Shown here: piece after piece, positions 18,024 through 28,653 of the stretch
Layout of the letters: the number at the start of each line of letters is the position of its first letter
Position numbering within the stretch: position 1 is the stretch's first letter
Source of the DNA: an uncultured Candidatus Saccharibacteria bacterium
GTDB taxonomy: Bacteria; Patescibacteriota; Minisyncoccia; UBA11713; 2-01-FULL-45-33
DNA: 64,000 nt
Direction: 5' to 3'
Assembly: GCA_964464405.1 (NCBI GenBank)
Contig: CAYXFX010000003.1
Location: 6,410 to 70,409, forward strand
Position numbers and translations under genes: made by a program
The notes under the pieces: generated by a model
The model's database searches: none
The model's input: the letters and a program-made list of their open reading frames with translations, nothing else
What the model was told of the DNA's origin: nothing

Positions 18024-19925
18024 ATGTTGGATAAAAATCCCTTAAACCCCGCGCAAAAAGAAGCTGTTATTACAACTGAAGGGCCTATTTTGGTTATTGC
18101 TGGGGCAGGAGCAGGCAAAACAAAAGTAATTACAGAAAGAATCAAACATTTAATTGAAAAAGGTGTAGATCCGGGATCGATTATCGCTGTAACATTCACA
18201 AACAAAGCAGCTGGAGAAATGAAAGAAAGACTTCGTCTTTCAATTTCTGATTTTCAAGTTTCAATTTGCAATTATCCATTTATAGGCACCTTCCATTCGC
18301 TCGGGCTTTTGCTGATTAAAGAAAATCTTAAAGCGCTTGGCATAGGAAAAAATTTTTCGATTTTAGACGAAGATGATTCATTAAAGTTAGTAAAAGACTG
18401 CGAGCTTGAATTAAATATCGACCCCAAACAATTTGATCCCGGCAGAATCCGCGGACAAATTTCGAAATTAAAAAATAAAATGATGGGGCCAAACGAATTT
18501 ACCGCGGATGATACAGGATTTTTCGGACAAATTTTAGGAAACATCTGGAATTTATACGAAACCAAAAAACAAGCGCAAGATTTTTTAGATTTTGATGACC
18601 TTTTGCTTTTTCCGACCAAACTTTTAGAAAAAGACAAAAAAATTTTGGAGCGCTACCAAAACCGCTGGAAATACATCCATATAGATGAATATCAGGACAC
18701 GAACGACGTCCAATACGCGCTTTCCAAACTGCTTGCGAGTTTTTATAAAAATATTATGGTTGTGGGAGACATTGACCAAGCAATCTATTCATGGAGAGGA
18801 GCTGACTTCAGAAATATTCTTTATTTTAAAGAAGACTATCCGCAGGCAAAAGTTGTAACGCTTGAAGAAAACTACCGCTCGACAAATATTATTTTAGAGG
18901 CGGCAAATTCTGTTATTTTAAAAAACAAAGAACGCCTCCCAAAAAATTTGTGGACAAAAAAAACAGGCAGTGAAAAAATTAAAATAGTTTTCGGAGAAGA
19001 TGAAAAAAAAGAAGCGGAACTCATTGCTTCCGAAATAAAAAATTTGATAAAAAACGGAGATTCGTACGGAGATATTGCGGTACTTTACCGAACGAACGCG
19101 CAGTCGCGCGCAATAGAAGAAGGTTTTTTAAGTATGGGCTTGCCTCACAAAATAATCGGCGGAACGCGTTTTTATGACCGCAAGGAAATCAAAGACATGC
19201 TCGCGTATCTTAAGCTCATTTACAATCCGAAGGATATTATTTCAAAAAAAAGAATTTTAAACATTCCTCCGCGCGGCATCGGCAAAACTCTTTCGTTAAA
19301 AATTTTAGGCGGAATAGAACTAAAAGAAAGCGAGAAATTAAAGAACGAAGAATTTGAGCGTGTTATTTCTTATCTAAAAGAAGAAGCAGAAAAAAATGAA
19401 ATTTCAGCGCTTGTAAAAATCTTAATAAATAAAATTGGTTATAAAAAATTCATAAATGACGGGACCGAAAAAGGAACGGAGAGGTGGCAAAACGTTGAGG
19501 AGCTTTTGACCGTTGCTAAAAGCCTTCGAACGCTTGAAGAATTTTTGGAGCATGTTTCTCTTTTTTCTGTTGACGACCATTATAACAACGAAGGAAACTC
19601 GAAAAATAAGAGAGTAAGTTTAATGACCATGCACTCGGCAAAAGGGCTTGAATTCGAAGCTGTTTTTGTTGCGGGGCTAGAAGAGGGGCTTTTTCCGCAC
19701 ACGTTATCGCTCGAGCCGGGAGATTTAGAGGAAGAGCGCAGACTTTATTATGTTGCGATCACCCGCGCAAAAAAACATTTATATTTGACGCTCGCTTCGC
19801 GCCGGATGATTTTCGGCGAACGCACCGCAAACATTCCTTCAAGATTTTTACAGGAGATACCCAAGCATTTGGTTGAATTTAAAAATTATCCCGAAGAGTA
19901 CGAAGAAAATATTATAGTTGAATAA
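18024..19925 (+). CDS. UvrD/PcrA-type ATP-dependent DNA helicase
   Basis: Walker A AGAGAGKTKVITERI and helicase motifs throughout (633 aa). Confidence 0.85.
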   Translation: MLDKNPLNPAQKEAVITTEGPILVIAGAGAGKTKVITERIKHLIEKGVDPGSIIAVTFTNKAAGEMKERLRLSISDFQVSICNYPFIGTFHSLGLLLIKENLKALGIGKNFSILDEDDSLKLVKDCELELNIDPKQFDPGRIRGQISKLKNKMMGPNEFTADDTGFFGQILGNIWNLYETKKQAQDFLDFDDLLLFPTKLLEKDKKILERYQNRWKYIHIDEYQDTNDVQYALSKLLASFYKNIMVVGDIDQAIYSWRGADFRNILYFKEDYPQAKVVTLEENYRSTNIILEAANSVILKNKERLPKNLWTKKTGSEKIKIVFGEDEKKEAELIASEIKNLIKNGDSYGDIAVLYRTNAQSRAIEEGFLSMGLPHKIIGGTRFYDRKEIKDMLAYLKLIYNPKDIISKKRILNIPPRGIGKTLSLKILGGIELKESEKLKNEEFERVISYLKEEAEKNEISALVKILINKIGYKKFINDGTEKGTERWQNVEELLTVAKSLRTLEEFLEHVSLFSVDDHYNNEGNSKNKRVSLMTMHSAKGLEFEAVFVAGLEEGLFPHTLSLEPGDLEEERRLYYVAITRAKKHLYLTLASRRMIFGERTANIPSRFLQEIPKHLVEFKNYPEEYEENIIVE

Positions 19926-19936
19926 TAACTAAAATT

Positions 19937-20680
19937 ATGAGAAGAAAAAAATTTTTGGGACAAAATTTTTTAAATAAGAAAAAGATTTTGGAAGAAATGG
20001 CGCGCGTAGCAAAACTTTCAAAAAAAGATGTTGTGCTTGAAGTCGGAGCGGGACTGGGTTCGCTTACAAAAATTTTGGCCGCACGAGCAAAAAAAGTGAT
20101 TGCCGTAGAAAAAGATCGCGAACTAATTCCTTTTTTGAAAGAAAAATTCAGTAAAGAAAAACATGTTGAAATTATCGAGGGTGACATTTTAAAATTTGAA
20201 AATTTTAAATTGAAAATTGGAAATTTTAAACTAGTCGCCAACATCCCTTACTACATCACTGGAAACTTTTTGCGAAAGTTTTTATCCGATAATAAACTCC
20301 GCCCTCAAGAGATGGTAATTATGATTCAAAAAGAAGTCGCGGATAGAATTTTGGCTCGCGATAAAAAAGAATCGCTCCTTTCAATTTCCGTTAAAGCTTA
20401 CGGGAAACCGGAGTTTGTCCGAAAAATATCGCGCGGAAATTTTTCTCCGCCGCCAAAAGTTGATTCGGCAATTATAAAAATATCCGGAGTTTCGAATAAA
20501 TGGTTTTTTAAAAATAAAATAAACGAAGAAAAGTTTTTTGAAATTTTGCGCCTCGCTTTCCAAAAAAAAAGAAAAATGCTCCGCGCATCGATCGGCAAAA
20601 TTATTTCCCTTCCCGAAAAGTTTACAACAAAGCGACCCGAAAAACTTTCACTTGACGACTGGGGTGAAATTTTGAAATAA
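19937..20680 (+). CDS. rsmA: 16S rRNA (adenine1518/1519-N6)-dimethyltransferase
   Basis: FLGQNFL...VLEVGAGLGSLT...ANIPYYIT motifs (KsgA). Confidence 0.85.
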   Translation: MRRKKFLGQNFLNKKKILEEMARVAKLSKKDVVLEVGAGLGSLTKILAARAKKVIAVEKDRELIPFLKEKFSKEKHVEIIEGDILKFENFKLKIGNFKLVANIPYYITGNFLRKFLSDNKLRPQEMVIMIQKEVADRILARDKKESLLSISVKAYGKPEFVRKISRGNFSPPPKVDSAIIKISGVSNKWFFKNKINEEKFFEILRLAFQKKRKMLRASIGKIISLPEKFTTKRPEKLSLDDWGEILK

Positions 20681-20702
20681 AGAAAACCGCACTCGCGTGC
20701 GG

Positions 20703-21017
20703 TCATACATTAACTTTAGTTTTTTTCTTAACTATCCATATTTCATATATGGAAGCTACTAAAGATACAACGACCAGATCGTAGTTATTAACTTTGGCTC
20801 CGAGCTTTAAAAAACCCGCGAGGATTAATGCCGATGCTAATATGACTATCCCCCGAAACAACGAAACGTTTTTCACAAACTGCCCTTCATAAACACAAAT
20901 TACCAAAGTCACAAAAGCAAACAGGTCGGCTAACTCTCCTCGATTGGTTGCTGCACTAAAAATTGTTGCAACCAAAAACGACCCAAACACAATACCTATC
21001 ATTCGCGCTGCAAACAT
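20703..21017 (-). CDS. Hypothetical small membrane protein (104 aa)
   Basis: Three predicted TM helices. Confidence 0.4.
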   Translation of the reverse strand: MFAARMIGIVFGSFLVATIFSAATNRGELADLFAFVTLVICVYEGQFVKNVSLFRGIVILASALILAGFLKLGAKVNNYDLVVVSLVASIYEIWIVKKKTKVNV

Positions 21018-21112
21018 TATAATCTCCCTTCTTTATTTTCTACTTCAAGAATAACACATTACAGTGAAAAAATCAAGTAACTTTGAGCTTTAATTCGGGA
21101 TACAATATACAA

Positions 21113-21859
21113 ATGAAGCAAAAAGGGAGCAAAAAAGCATTGATTTTGTTGTTTTTTATAACTTTTTCTCTTTTTTACCCTTTTCTTGAAGCAAAAGCCG
21201 CGACCAAGGTTTATGAATATACCAGGGGATTCGGAGGTAAAATTACAAAAATTCAGGCCTGCTCGGTACCCCCCGGATTTGTTATTCACGTAGGACCGCC
21301 CACACCCGGGAAGTTCTTCTTAAATCCGGCGACAAGTTCAATTCATCCATACGGCGTAATTATGCCGGGAGTTTGGGTTTTAGGTAATGCGGCGCCCACT
21401 CCCATGACTTGTTCGGAGGGTAATCCCAAAGGAATCGGTGGATTCGGCGCTTTGGGAGGACTTGCCGGTTCAACCGGTTCACTGTTTTCTGCTTCGACAA
21501 GACTTAACGAATTCGACGAAATTTCAGGCATAACGATAAGCGGTCCTTTGGGAGGTTTGAGATTAGAGGGACAATTAGGCGAAACTTTGGGCGGAATTTC
21601 AAATTCTCTAGGAGGAATAAGCGACTCAATAGGTAATATAACCAGTTCTTTAGGAAATATAGGAAGCGCTTTTTCTATTGTCGGCTCATTAATGAGCGGG
21701 GATTTTGTGGGAGCAGCTTTAAGCGTTATAACTTTTTTTGACCCGACTGGACTTACATCTTTAGCAAAACTTTTTGTATCTTTTCTCGATGACCCACCAT
21801 CTTTGGGCTCTGCGTATCCGATAATACACATAGGAACAAGCCTTTATCCTGCCCGCTAG
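21113..21859 (+). CDS. Secreted Gly/Ser-rich repeat protein (hypothetical)
   Basis: Signal peptide; LGGISNSLGGISDSIGNITSSLGNIG repeats. The track start at 21083 is TTG; ATG at 21113 is preferred. Confidence 0.45.
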   Translation: MKQKGSKKALILLFFITFSLFYPFLEAKAATKVYEYTRGFGGKITKIQACSVPPGFVIHVGPPTPGKFFLNPATSSIHPYGVIMPGVWVLGNAAPTPMTCSEGNPKGIGGFGALGGLAGSTGSLFSASTRLNEFDEISGITISGPLGGLRLEGQLGETLGGISNSLGGISDSIGNITSSLGNIGSAFSIVGSLMSGDFVGAALSVITFFDPTGLTSLAKLFVSFLDDPPSLGSAYPIIHIGTSLYPAR

Positions 21860-21938
21860 CTTTAATTTTATTTAACTTTATACACAGAGCTTCGAAGCCG
21901 AGCTTTGAAGCTCTTCGTGGTATAATTAAGAAGGAAAA

Positions 21939-22976
21939 ATGGGCTACGCACCGTCAAAAAATTTCATAGCCCTTGTTTCTGCTACACTTGTCATTCTCTT
22001 TGTGGGGTTTTTCATAACGCGTGTTGTGCTTCCTGAAAAAAAAGCGAAAAAAGAACGCCTTGCGTCCGCTCTAAATGCGATTCAAAAACCCGAGGCCGGG
22101 TTTTTGGAAGCTTACGAAGATGCTAACCGCGACACAGACGGCGACGGCCTTAAGGATTGGGAAGAAATCTTGTGGAAATCCGATCCGCATAAGCCAGACA
22201 CCGACGAAGACGGCACAACAGACAAAGAAGAAACCAAAGAAAACCGAAGTCCTGTTGTTGCCGGCAAAAAAAATTCGGACGGATCTTGGAGCGACGCGGT
22301 AAAGTCAGCAGAAGTTCCGGAAAAAACTTCAACTTCAACACCCAAAACACTTACGGAACGTATTGCGCGCCAATTTGCGGTTGAATATTTGACCACCGAA
22401 GGGGTAGCCGGCGGAAACATAAATAATTTTCAAAAAGAATCAATTACCGAATCCCTAGTAGAGTCGCTAAGCAAAGACGCGCTTCTTTACAAAGACAAAT
22501 ACGCAACCAAAGATATAAAAATTTTAGATGGCGCGTCTCCCGACACAAAAAAGGAATATTTAAATAAAATCGGGGAAACACTTAAAAAAAATCTAAAGGG
22601 AACTGAGCGTTCCGAAATGGAAATTTTAAACGAAGCTATTTCCATGGGAAAATACGATAGTCTTTCAAAATTAGATGACTATATTTCAGCTTACAAAAAA
22701 AGTTTAGAATTTTTAAAAAATTTAAATTCACCTAAAGAATACGCGTATTTCCATCTTGAGCTTATGAATATTTTGGAAAACACGATAAATGCGGACAACT
22801 TTATAAAAACAACCAGCAGCGATCCCGCGCGCGGGCTTGTGGGGCTTTATATTTATTCAAATCAAATAAGCCGCCTCGCAAATTTTTATAAATCAATTGA
22901 GCGGCAAATCAGAATTGATAATTTATCATTTAAGCCGAACGATGGCGGATATTATTTTGCAAATTCCGGGTTATGA
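21939..22976 (+). CDS. Membrane-anchored protein with D-x-D-x-D calcium-binding-like repeats (hypothetical)
   Basis: N-terminal TM; DTDGDGLKDWEE...DTDEDGTTDKEE. Confidence 0.45.
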   Translation: MGYAPSKNFIALVSATLVILFVGFFITRVVLPEKKAKKERLASALNAIQKPEAGFLEAYEDANRDTDGDGLKDWEEILWKSDPHKPDTDEDGTTDKEETKENRSPVVAGKKNSDGSWSDAVKSAEVPEKTSTSTPKTLTERIARQFAVEYLTTEGVAGGNINNFQKESITESLVESLSKDALLYKDKYATKDIKILDGASPDTKKEYLNKIGETLKKNLKGTERSEMEILNEAISMGKYDSLSKLDDYISAYKKSLEFLKNLNSPKEYAYFHLELMNILENTINADNFIKTTSSDPARGLVGLYIYSNQISRLANFYKSIERQIRIDNLSFKPNDGGYYFANSGL

Positions 22977-24439
22977 AAATATTTAATCTAAAATCAATTA
23001 CAGCTTTTTTGATTGCTTTTATTTTGAGTACAAATATTTTTCTTCCGAATATTGTTTTTGCCGAAACAGAAGTTTCGCCCGACGAGCTGATGGATCCGTT
23101 TGCCGGGCAAGATCTTTCCGGAGGCGCGGGAGATTCGGGGTTAGGAAGCATTCCGGGAATCGGAGGGCTTTTAAGCGGAGCGCTTCGCACAAATCTGGTT
23201 CCTATCAGCATGCAGCAAGATATCCCGGGGACAGCGCGCGACATCGCAAATAAAATTGCGTGGGGAATTGCAAAAATGATGATACACCAATTAACCCAAC
23301 AGATAGTGCAGCTCATCCGGACTGGAGGGCAGGGCGGCGGAGCTTTGTTTGTACAAGATTGGCAAGGCTTTTTGCTTGATGCGGCGGACCAGGCAAGCGG
23401 GGTTTTTTTGCAAGAACTTAATTTAACACAACTCTGCCAGCCATTCGGGATAAAACTGCGCTTGCTTTTCGCGGATGATAGTGCGCGCCTTCCTTTACAA
23501 AGAAGGCTTTCGTGCACCGTTTCAACAGTCGCAAGAAATATTCAGGGATTTCTTGACGATTTTAATAATGGAGGGTGGGCGAGGTGGTTTGAAATCACGC
23601 AAGTTCCGCAAAATAATTTTTATGGCGCATATTTAATTGCATTGGATGACAAGTTAACCCGTGAAGCAAATGCGGTCGCAGCCGCGCGAAACGAGGCAAT
23701 TTCAGCAAATGGATTTATCGGAGTAAAAGAATGTGAACCAACAGTTGAAACAGAACCGGGAGATGCGCCCATCGGAGAAGTTTGTAAAATTGTAAGTCCG
23801 GGAAAATATTTGGAAAATCGTTTAGCTGAAGCGACCACCGATGATATTCGTCAACTAGGACTCGCTGATTCATTTAATGAAATTTTAATCGCTGCTTTTC
23901 AATCCTTAATAAACAACCTCTTCTTCTCGCAAGGCGGGCTTGCAAGCTCAAATATCAGATCTTCCACCATCAGAAATCAGCTGCAAGAAGACTTGTTTAC
24001 CGTAAAACAAAGTGGGCTACAGCTTTCGGGAATTGATTCTGCGATAGCCGCAACAAAAGCAATTATAAACAAAAAACAAAACTCGCTCGCGAAAATCAAT
24101 GAAGCGCTAGACGCACTAGGAAATTTAAAAACATGCCTACAAGACGGCGGAAAAACATTGGCTTCGGCAAATACAGATATCAATTCCGCCACAACCGTTA
24201 AAACATCGCTTGAAAACGACTTGCTTGACCAAAATATTCTTTTAATAAATTTAGAAGACGACAAATTTGATATGACAAACGCGTCCACTGTCGCAACCCT
24301 TAACGACGCGCTTTCAAAAGCGTATGAAAATGTATCCGAGGTCGGATCATACGCAATAGCAGCCGCAGAAAACAGCCAAATTACAACCATTCGCACAAAA
24401 GCGGTTTCGGATTTAACATCATGTGAAAATTCAAACTAA
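22973..24439 (+). CDS. Secreted hypothetical protein (488 aa)
   Basis: Signal peptide MKIFNLKSITAFLIAFILSTNIFLPNIVFA; translationally coupled (ATGA overlap) to its neighbours. Confidence 0.45.
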   Translation: MKIFNLKSITAFLIAFILSTNIFLPNIVFAETEVSPDELMDPFAGQDLSGGAGDSGLGSIPGIGGLLSGALRTNLVPISMQQDIPGTARDIANKIAWGIAKMMIHQLTQQIVQLIRTGGQGGGALFVQDWQGFLLDAADQASGVFLQELNLTQLCQPFGIKLRLLFADDSARLPLQRRLSCTVSTVARNIQGFLDDFNNGGWARWFEITQVPQNNFYGAYLIALDDKLTREANAVAAARNEAISANGFIGVKECEPTVETEPGDAPIGEVCKIVSPGKYLENRLAEATTDDIRQLGLADSFNEILIAAFQSLINNLFFSQGGLASSNIRSSTIRNQLQEDLFTVKQSGLQLSGIDSAIAATKAIINKKQNSLAKINEALDALGNLKTCLQDGGKTLASANTDINSATTVKTSLENDLLDQNILLINLEDDKFDMTNASTVATLNDALSKAYENVSEVGSYAIAAAENSQITTIRTKAVSDLTSCENSN

Positions 24440-27400
24440 AATGAATTTCTTCAAAAATAAAAATTTAAAAATTATTTTATTAAGCGCTTTGGTTTTGGCG
24501 CTCTTAATTAATTTTGGCTTTAACGTTCCAAACGCGGAAGCGGCCGGCACAAAATTTGGGAGCCAGCTGAAAACAAACCTGCAATCCGGCTTTAAATCTC
24601 TGGGAAGCGACATTGCAAGCGCGTCTGTTTATATTGCGGTAATTTATGTTGTTTTATTTGTTATACTCCAAGTGCTTTTATGGTTTTTTGACGCAGCTTC
24701 TCAATTAATAAATGCCGCCTTCGCGTTTGCAACTCGTCCGGAATGGTACAACAACGAAGCGGTTACGGCGGCTTGGACGATAATTCGGAATTTTGCCAAT
24801 ATCTGGTTTATTTTTCTTTTGCTTTTCGTAGCAATTGCAACCATTTTGCGTGTCCAGCGCTACCAGGCCAAAGAAATGGTGCTATGGATAATTATAATGG
24901 CAATTTTAATTAATTTCAGTTTGCCTATTACTAAAATTATTATAGACGTTTCAAATATTTTAACTTTTCAATTTGTTAAAACTATGGGGGTTTTGATAAC
25001 GAACGAAAAAACAAATGGAAGGGTTTATGACATTGCAGGAACAATTGAAAATAGTGTGGGAGTCAGAAGATTAATCAATGATACCGAATCTGATTATGCA
25101 GTTCCGGGGTTGGAACAAGAAAAAGTGCAATCACCCGAAAAAACGCAACAAAATACTCAGGGTTTTGTACCAGTCAATCAAGGAGAAGCCAATACTTTTT
25201 CTATTTTACCGCACGCAAAAGCGGTTATTGATCCGATTTCTATCGGCATCGGCGTGCTTGTATGGATCGGTCTCAATGTTGTCGCCCCAGCTGCCCTCGG
25301 ATGGGTCGCGTATCAAATCGGTTTTGCCGGAGTGATTCTCAATCCGATAATTAACTTATTGATCAGCAACATTCTCATCGGATTTGCGGTTTATGTAATA
25401 ATTTCTTTGGCAATATTTTTATTAATAAGGACTGTAGCGCTTATGTTTTTGGTGGCCACTTCGCCTGCCGGATTTTTACTTTCAGCTTTTCCGGGTTTTT
25501 CAACTTATTCCAGCAAATGGTGGAGTGCTTTATTAAATCAAGCATTCTTCGCGCCCGCGGTAGCGTTTCTTTTGTGGCTTAGTCTTTCCTTAACCAGCCA
25601 AATACAAATGAATTTAAATCAGCAGGGCCTGACAAATTCCATAATTGATCTTCGAAATGGAAGAATTATATTTTTTGTTTTAACAATAATTTTGCTCTAT
25701 ATGTCGCTGCGCGTTGCAAGAGATATGGGGGCTTACGGAGCAGAAACAGCAATAGGTTTGGGGAAGAAAATTAAAGATTTTGCACTCGGCGGAGTAAAAG
25801 GATTCGCAAAAAGCACGTTTGTCGCGCCAATTGGAAAATCTTTGGAAAAAACCGGCGTTGCCGATCAGCTTGGGCGAATTCCTGTTGTTGGGCCAGTTTT
25901 AGGACGGCAAGCAAATAAAGGAGTTGATTGGTTAAAAACGCGCGGTGCAGCGGATAAAATCGCGCAGGAAGAAGCCAATCTTGGAATGAAACTGCCGGAA
26001 TCTCAAAGAGCGGGATATTTTGGGCGCCTTAATCTGGCCGGGAAAGAAGCATTGCTTCGCAAAATGAGTCCGGACGAGCGCGCCAGATTTATGGAAAATT
26101 TGGAAAAAACTAACCCGAGACAAAAGAAAATAGCGGAAGGAATTATGGGTTCTGCGTTGTTTAGACCGGGAGAACGCGCGCAGTTTGATATTGCGACATA
26201 TAAGCGCATGACCTCACAGCAACAATACGAAAACTTTGATAAATTAAGCGAAGAAGCGCAAAGCGATTTCCTGCACGGAATGGATGCTTCAAAACAAGCT
26301 GAATTTAAAGAAAAATTAAACGCGGACGGCAAAAGAAAACTAAATGATCTTATTGCCTCTCCAAGGTTTTCTCAAAAAGAAAAACAGGATTTCAAAATTG
26401 CAGAAATTATGCAACAAACGGAAGAAGAAAAGCACATCAAATTTGCTTCGGAGCTTAATGACGCAGACAAAGAGACGATGCTTCGCAAAATGTCAGACGA
26501 TCAAAAGACAAAATTCCTCGCGGGTTACAGAAAAACTCCGCCTGCGCAACTTTCTCCACAACAACTCGCGAATTGGAATTCAGCAGATGCAACAGCCCAT
26601 AACATAATTAGCACTAAATTCACTGATTCTGAAAAAAGAACATTCGAGGAAGCTGAGGACAAGCAGTGGATTAAAGATAATTCGAGCAACTTTTCTGCTA
26701 ACTTCATTAACCTTACAAACCCCGTAAAAGAACGCATTTTCAAAACAGCTTCGGACTATCAAAAGGCAGAGCTTGCATTTAAGTTGAGGGACTCCGGAAA
26801 CGAAAACGCAATTAGAGATCTGTCAAACAAACTAACTCCGGAAGAAAAAGACAAATTCTACAAAGAAAACGCAAATTATGTAGCCCGCCAAAAAGTTGCG
26901 GACATCGAAAGAATTGCGCCCAAACTCGAAAACGAAGAACTAGATTATTTTGTTCGCAGCGCTGACATTTTCAAAGTTTCCGAACTGCTAAACACGACAC
27001 AAAATAACATTGTTCTAGGGAAAATAGGAACAAGCATACGCAGACAGGGCTCGGGCCAAAAACTTGCGGGCTCCGTCCGACCAAATATTTATGTCGAGGA
27101 GATCAAAGGAATTGCGCGGCTCGATCCAACTGGAAATATTTCTGATAACTATAAAACAGAGCTTAAAAAACATTACGCAACTTCTGATCCAAAAGTTTTA
27201 CGAAACCTGCTTACTCCGGAGATAATTAAACAGCCGGAAATTTTTGATGATCTTTTAATTGCTGGTTCTCTTAAAAATTTTGCTGATATAACCACGGATT
27301 CTTTGCGCGCCGCGGCAGTAAAAGAAAAAATTGACGAACAAATCCATAACGCACATGCTGCAAATCATCTGCAACAAACCATCCAAAAAATAAATACTGA

Positions 27401-27683
27401 TCCACAACTATCAAGAGAGTATAATAATTTAATAAACAACTATTTAGCCACCGCTGGAGGCATTCCCGGTGCACAGGCGCTTGCACAAACCACAGCAATT
27501 AACGAGATGTTGAACACAAATACGCGCGCTCGCGCTGAAGCTTTAGCTGAAATTCTGGAAAGTAAGACAAATACACAAACAGCACAACAAATCAGAGACC
27601 AGCTTAGCCAGCCGGGCGCGCCGAACCGGCCGTTTCTAGAAAGATTATTAAAAGGTGAGCCTCCAAAAGGCAAATTAAAATAA
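24423..27683 (+). CDS. TrbL/VirB6-like polytopic membrane protein with a 600-aa repetitive hydrophilic C-terminal extension
   Basis: Signal peptide, then 6 or more TM helices in the first 450 aa in a VirB6-like arrangement; C-terminus has repeated LRKMSxDxxxxF-type units. Confidence 0.5.
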   Translation: MKIQTKMNFFKNKNLKIILLSALVLALLINFGFNVPNAEAAGTKFGSQLKTNLQSGFKSLGSDIASASVYIAVIYVVLFVILQVLLWFFDAASQLINAAFAFATRPEWYNNEAVTAAWTIIRNFANIWFIFLLLFVAIATILRVQRYQAKEMVLWIIIMAILINFSLPITKIIIDVSNILTFQFVKTMGVLITNEKTNGRVYDIAGTIENSVGVRRLINDTESDYAVPGLEQEKVQSPEKTQQNTQGFVPVNQGEANTFSILPHAKAVIDPISIGIGVLVWIGLNVVAPAALGWVAYQIGFAGVILNPIINLLISNILIGFAVYVIISLAIFLLIRTVALMFLVATSPAGFLLSAFPGFSTYSSKWWSALLNQAFFAPAVAFLLWLSLSLTSQIQMNLNQQGLTNSIIDLRNGRIIFFVLTIILLYMSLRVARDMGAYGAETAIGLGKKIKDFALGGVKGFAKSTFVAPIGKSLEKTGVADQLGRIPVVGPVLGRQANKGVDWLKTRGAADKIAQEEANLGMKLPESQRAGYFGRLNLAGKEALLRKMSPDERARFMENLEKTNPRQKKIAEGIMGSALFRPGERAQFDIATYKRMTSQQQYENFDKLSEEAQSDFLHGMDASKQAEFKEKLNADGKRKLNDLIASPRFSQKEKQDFKIAEIMQQTEEEKHIKFASELNDADKETMLRKMSDDQKTKFLAGYRKTPPAQLSPQQLANWNSADATAHNIISTKFTDSEKRTFEEAEDKQWIKDNSSNFSANFINLTNPVKERIFKTASDYQKAELAFKLRDSGNENAIRDLSNKLTPEEKDKFYKENANYVARQKVADIERIAPKLENEELDYFVRSADIFKVSELLNTTQNNIVLGKIGTSIRRQGSGQKLAGSVRPNIYVEEIKGIARLDPTGNISDNYKTELKKHYATSDPKVLRNLLTPEIIKQPEIFDDLLIAGSLKNFADITTDSLRAAAVKEKIDEQIHNAHAANHLQQTIQKINTDPQLSREYNNLINNYLATAGGIPGAQALAQTTAINEMLNTNTRARAEALAEILESKTNTQTAQQIRDQLSQPGAPNRPFLERLLKGEPPKGKLK

Positions 27684-27685
27684 AT

Positions 27686-28639
27686 ATGGACGACCAAAAA
27701 CAAAAAGACATATTAGAAACTTACGCGAATTTGCCAGCTGATTTGCAAAACGCACTTTTCGCGCCGCAAACTACGTCCGCAATACGAGAAATTGGAAAAA
27801 AGCACGAACTTACTTTAGATAAAGTCGGAGTTTTGGGAGATGAAACCGGGGCTGTAATGATGGGGCTTGCTCCGCTTAACGAATTTATTAAAAATCTTTC
27901 CATAAAACTCGAGGTGGACCGCACGAAAGCGCGTTCGATTGCAGAAGATATAAACGCGCAGATTTTTAAACCTGTTAGAGAATCATTAAAACAAGTTCAC
28001 CACGTTGTTTCTACAACAGAACCGACTCAAGGCGCCTCTAAGGAAATACCCCCTCCTACTCCCCCTTATAAAGTGGGAGATAATCAGTTTTCCCCTCCTT
28101 TACAAGGAGGGGCCGGGGAGGTAATAACGACCAAACCAGAGGAAAAACTTGAAAGAGAAGTCGTTCCAAAAAGCGAAACCAAAAAAATTCCCCCGCTTCC
28201 CAAAGAAATGATTGACGGGCTTAAATCTAAAATTCCCTCATTTATTGGGGGCAGTTCAGACTCTCCGAAAACCGTAACTTTTGAGCAATCAACAGTTGGT
28301 GGAGAAATTAAAAAACCCGAGCCTCCTGAAAATTTGCCTGTAGAAATTGTTTCCCCGCCGGCCTCCTTGAAGTCCGACTTCAAATCCCAAAAGAAGTCGG
28401 ACTTCATCCCAGCCGGCGAACCAACAATTTTTGCCAAAAAACTGCCGGAGGAGGAACCTTTGGTAATAAAGCCCATGCCCAACCGATTCGGCATGAGCGC
28501 CGCAGAGCCTTCCCAAACTGCTTCGCTGCAATCAGAGTTAGAAAAAGAATTAGGCGGCTCCATCCGTAGAGGAACAGCATCTCCGGACATTCCGCGCCCA
28601 CCCAAAAAAAACGATCCGTATAGAGAACCGATCGAGTAA
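27686..28639 (+). CDS. Pro-rich hypothetical protein carrying in-frame palindromic repeat insertions
   Basis: Conserved-looking N-terminal domain, then a low-complexity Pro-rich region that includes the GC-rich elements (28047-28121) and the KSDF palindromes (28369-28405). Confidence 0.5.
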   Translation: MDDQKQKDILETYANLPADLQNALFAPQTTSAIREIGKKHELTLDKVGVLGDETGAVMMGLAPLNEFIKNLSIKLEVDRTKARSIAEDINAQIFKPVRESLKQVHHVVSTTEPTQGASKEIPPPTPPYKVGDNQFSPPLQGGAGEVITTKPEEKLEREVVPKSETKKIPPLPKEMIDGLKSKIPSFIGGSSDSPKTVTFEQSTVGGEIKKPEPPENLPVEIVSPPASLKSDFKSQKKSDFIPAGEPTIFAKKLPEEEPLVIKPMPNRFGMSAAEPSQTASLQSELEKELGGSIRRGTASPDIPRPPKKNDPYREPIE

Positions 28640-28653
28640 ATTAGCATCGCATT

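Noticed and set aside
24423-27683. 1086-aa protein as a giant adhesin or polymorphic toxin
   Set aside because: The N-terminal 450 aa have a VirB6/TrbL-like multi-TM topology, and the gene sits next to PrgI-like and VirB4 genes. The C-terminal repeats are helical and charged, with no toxin or adhesin signature.
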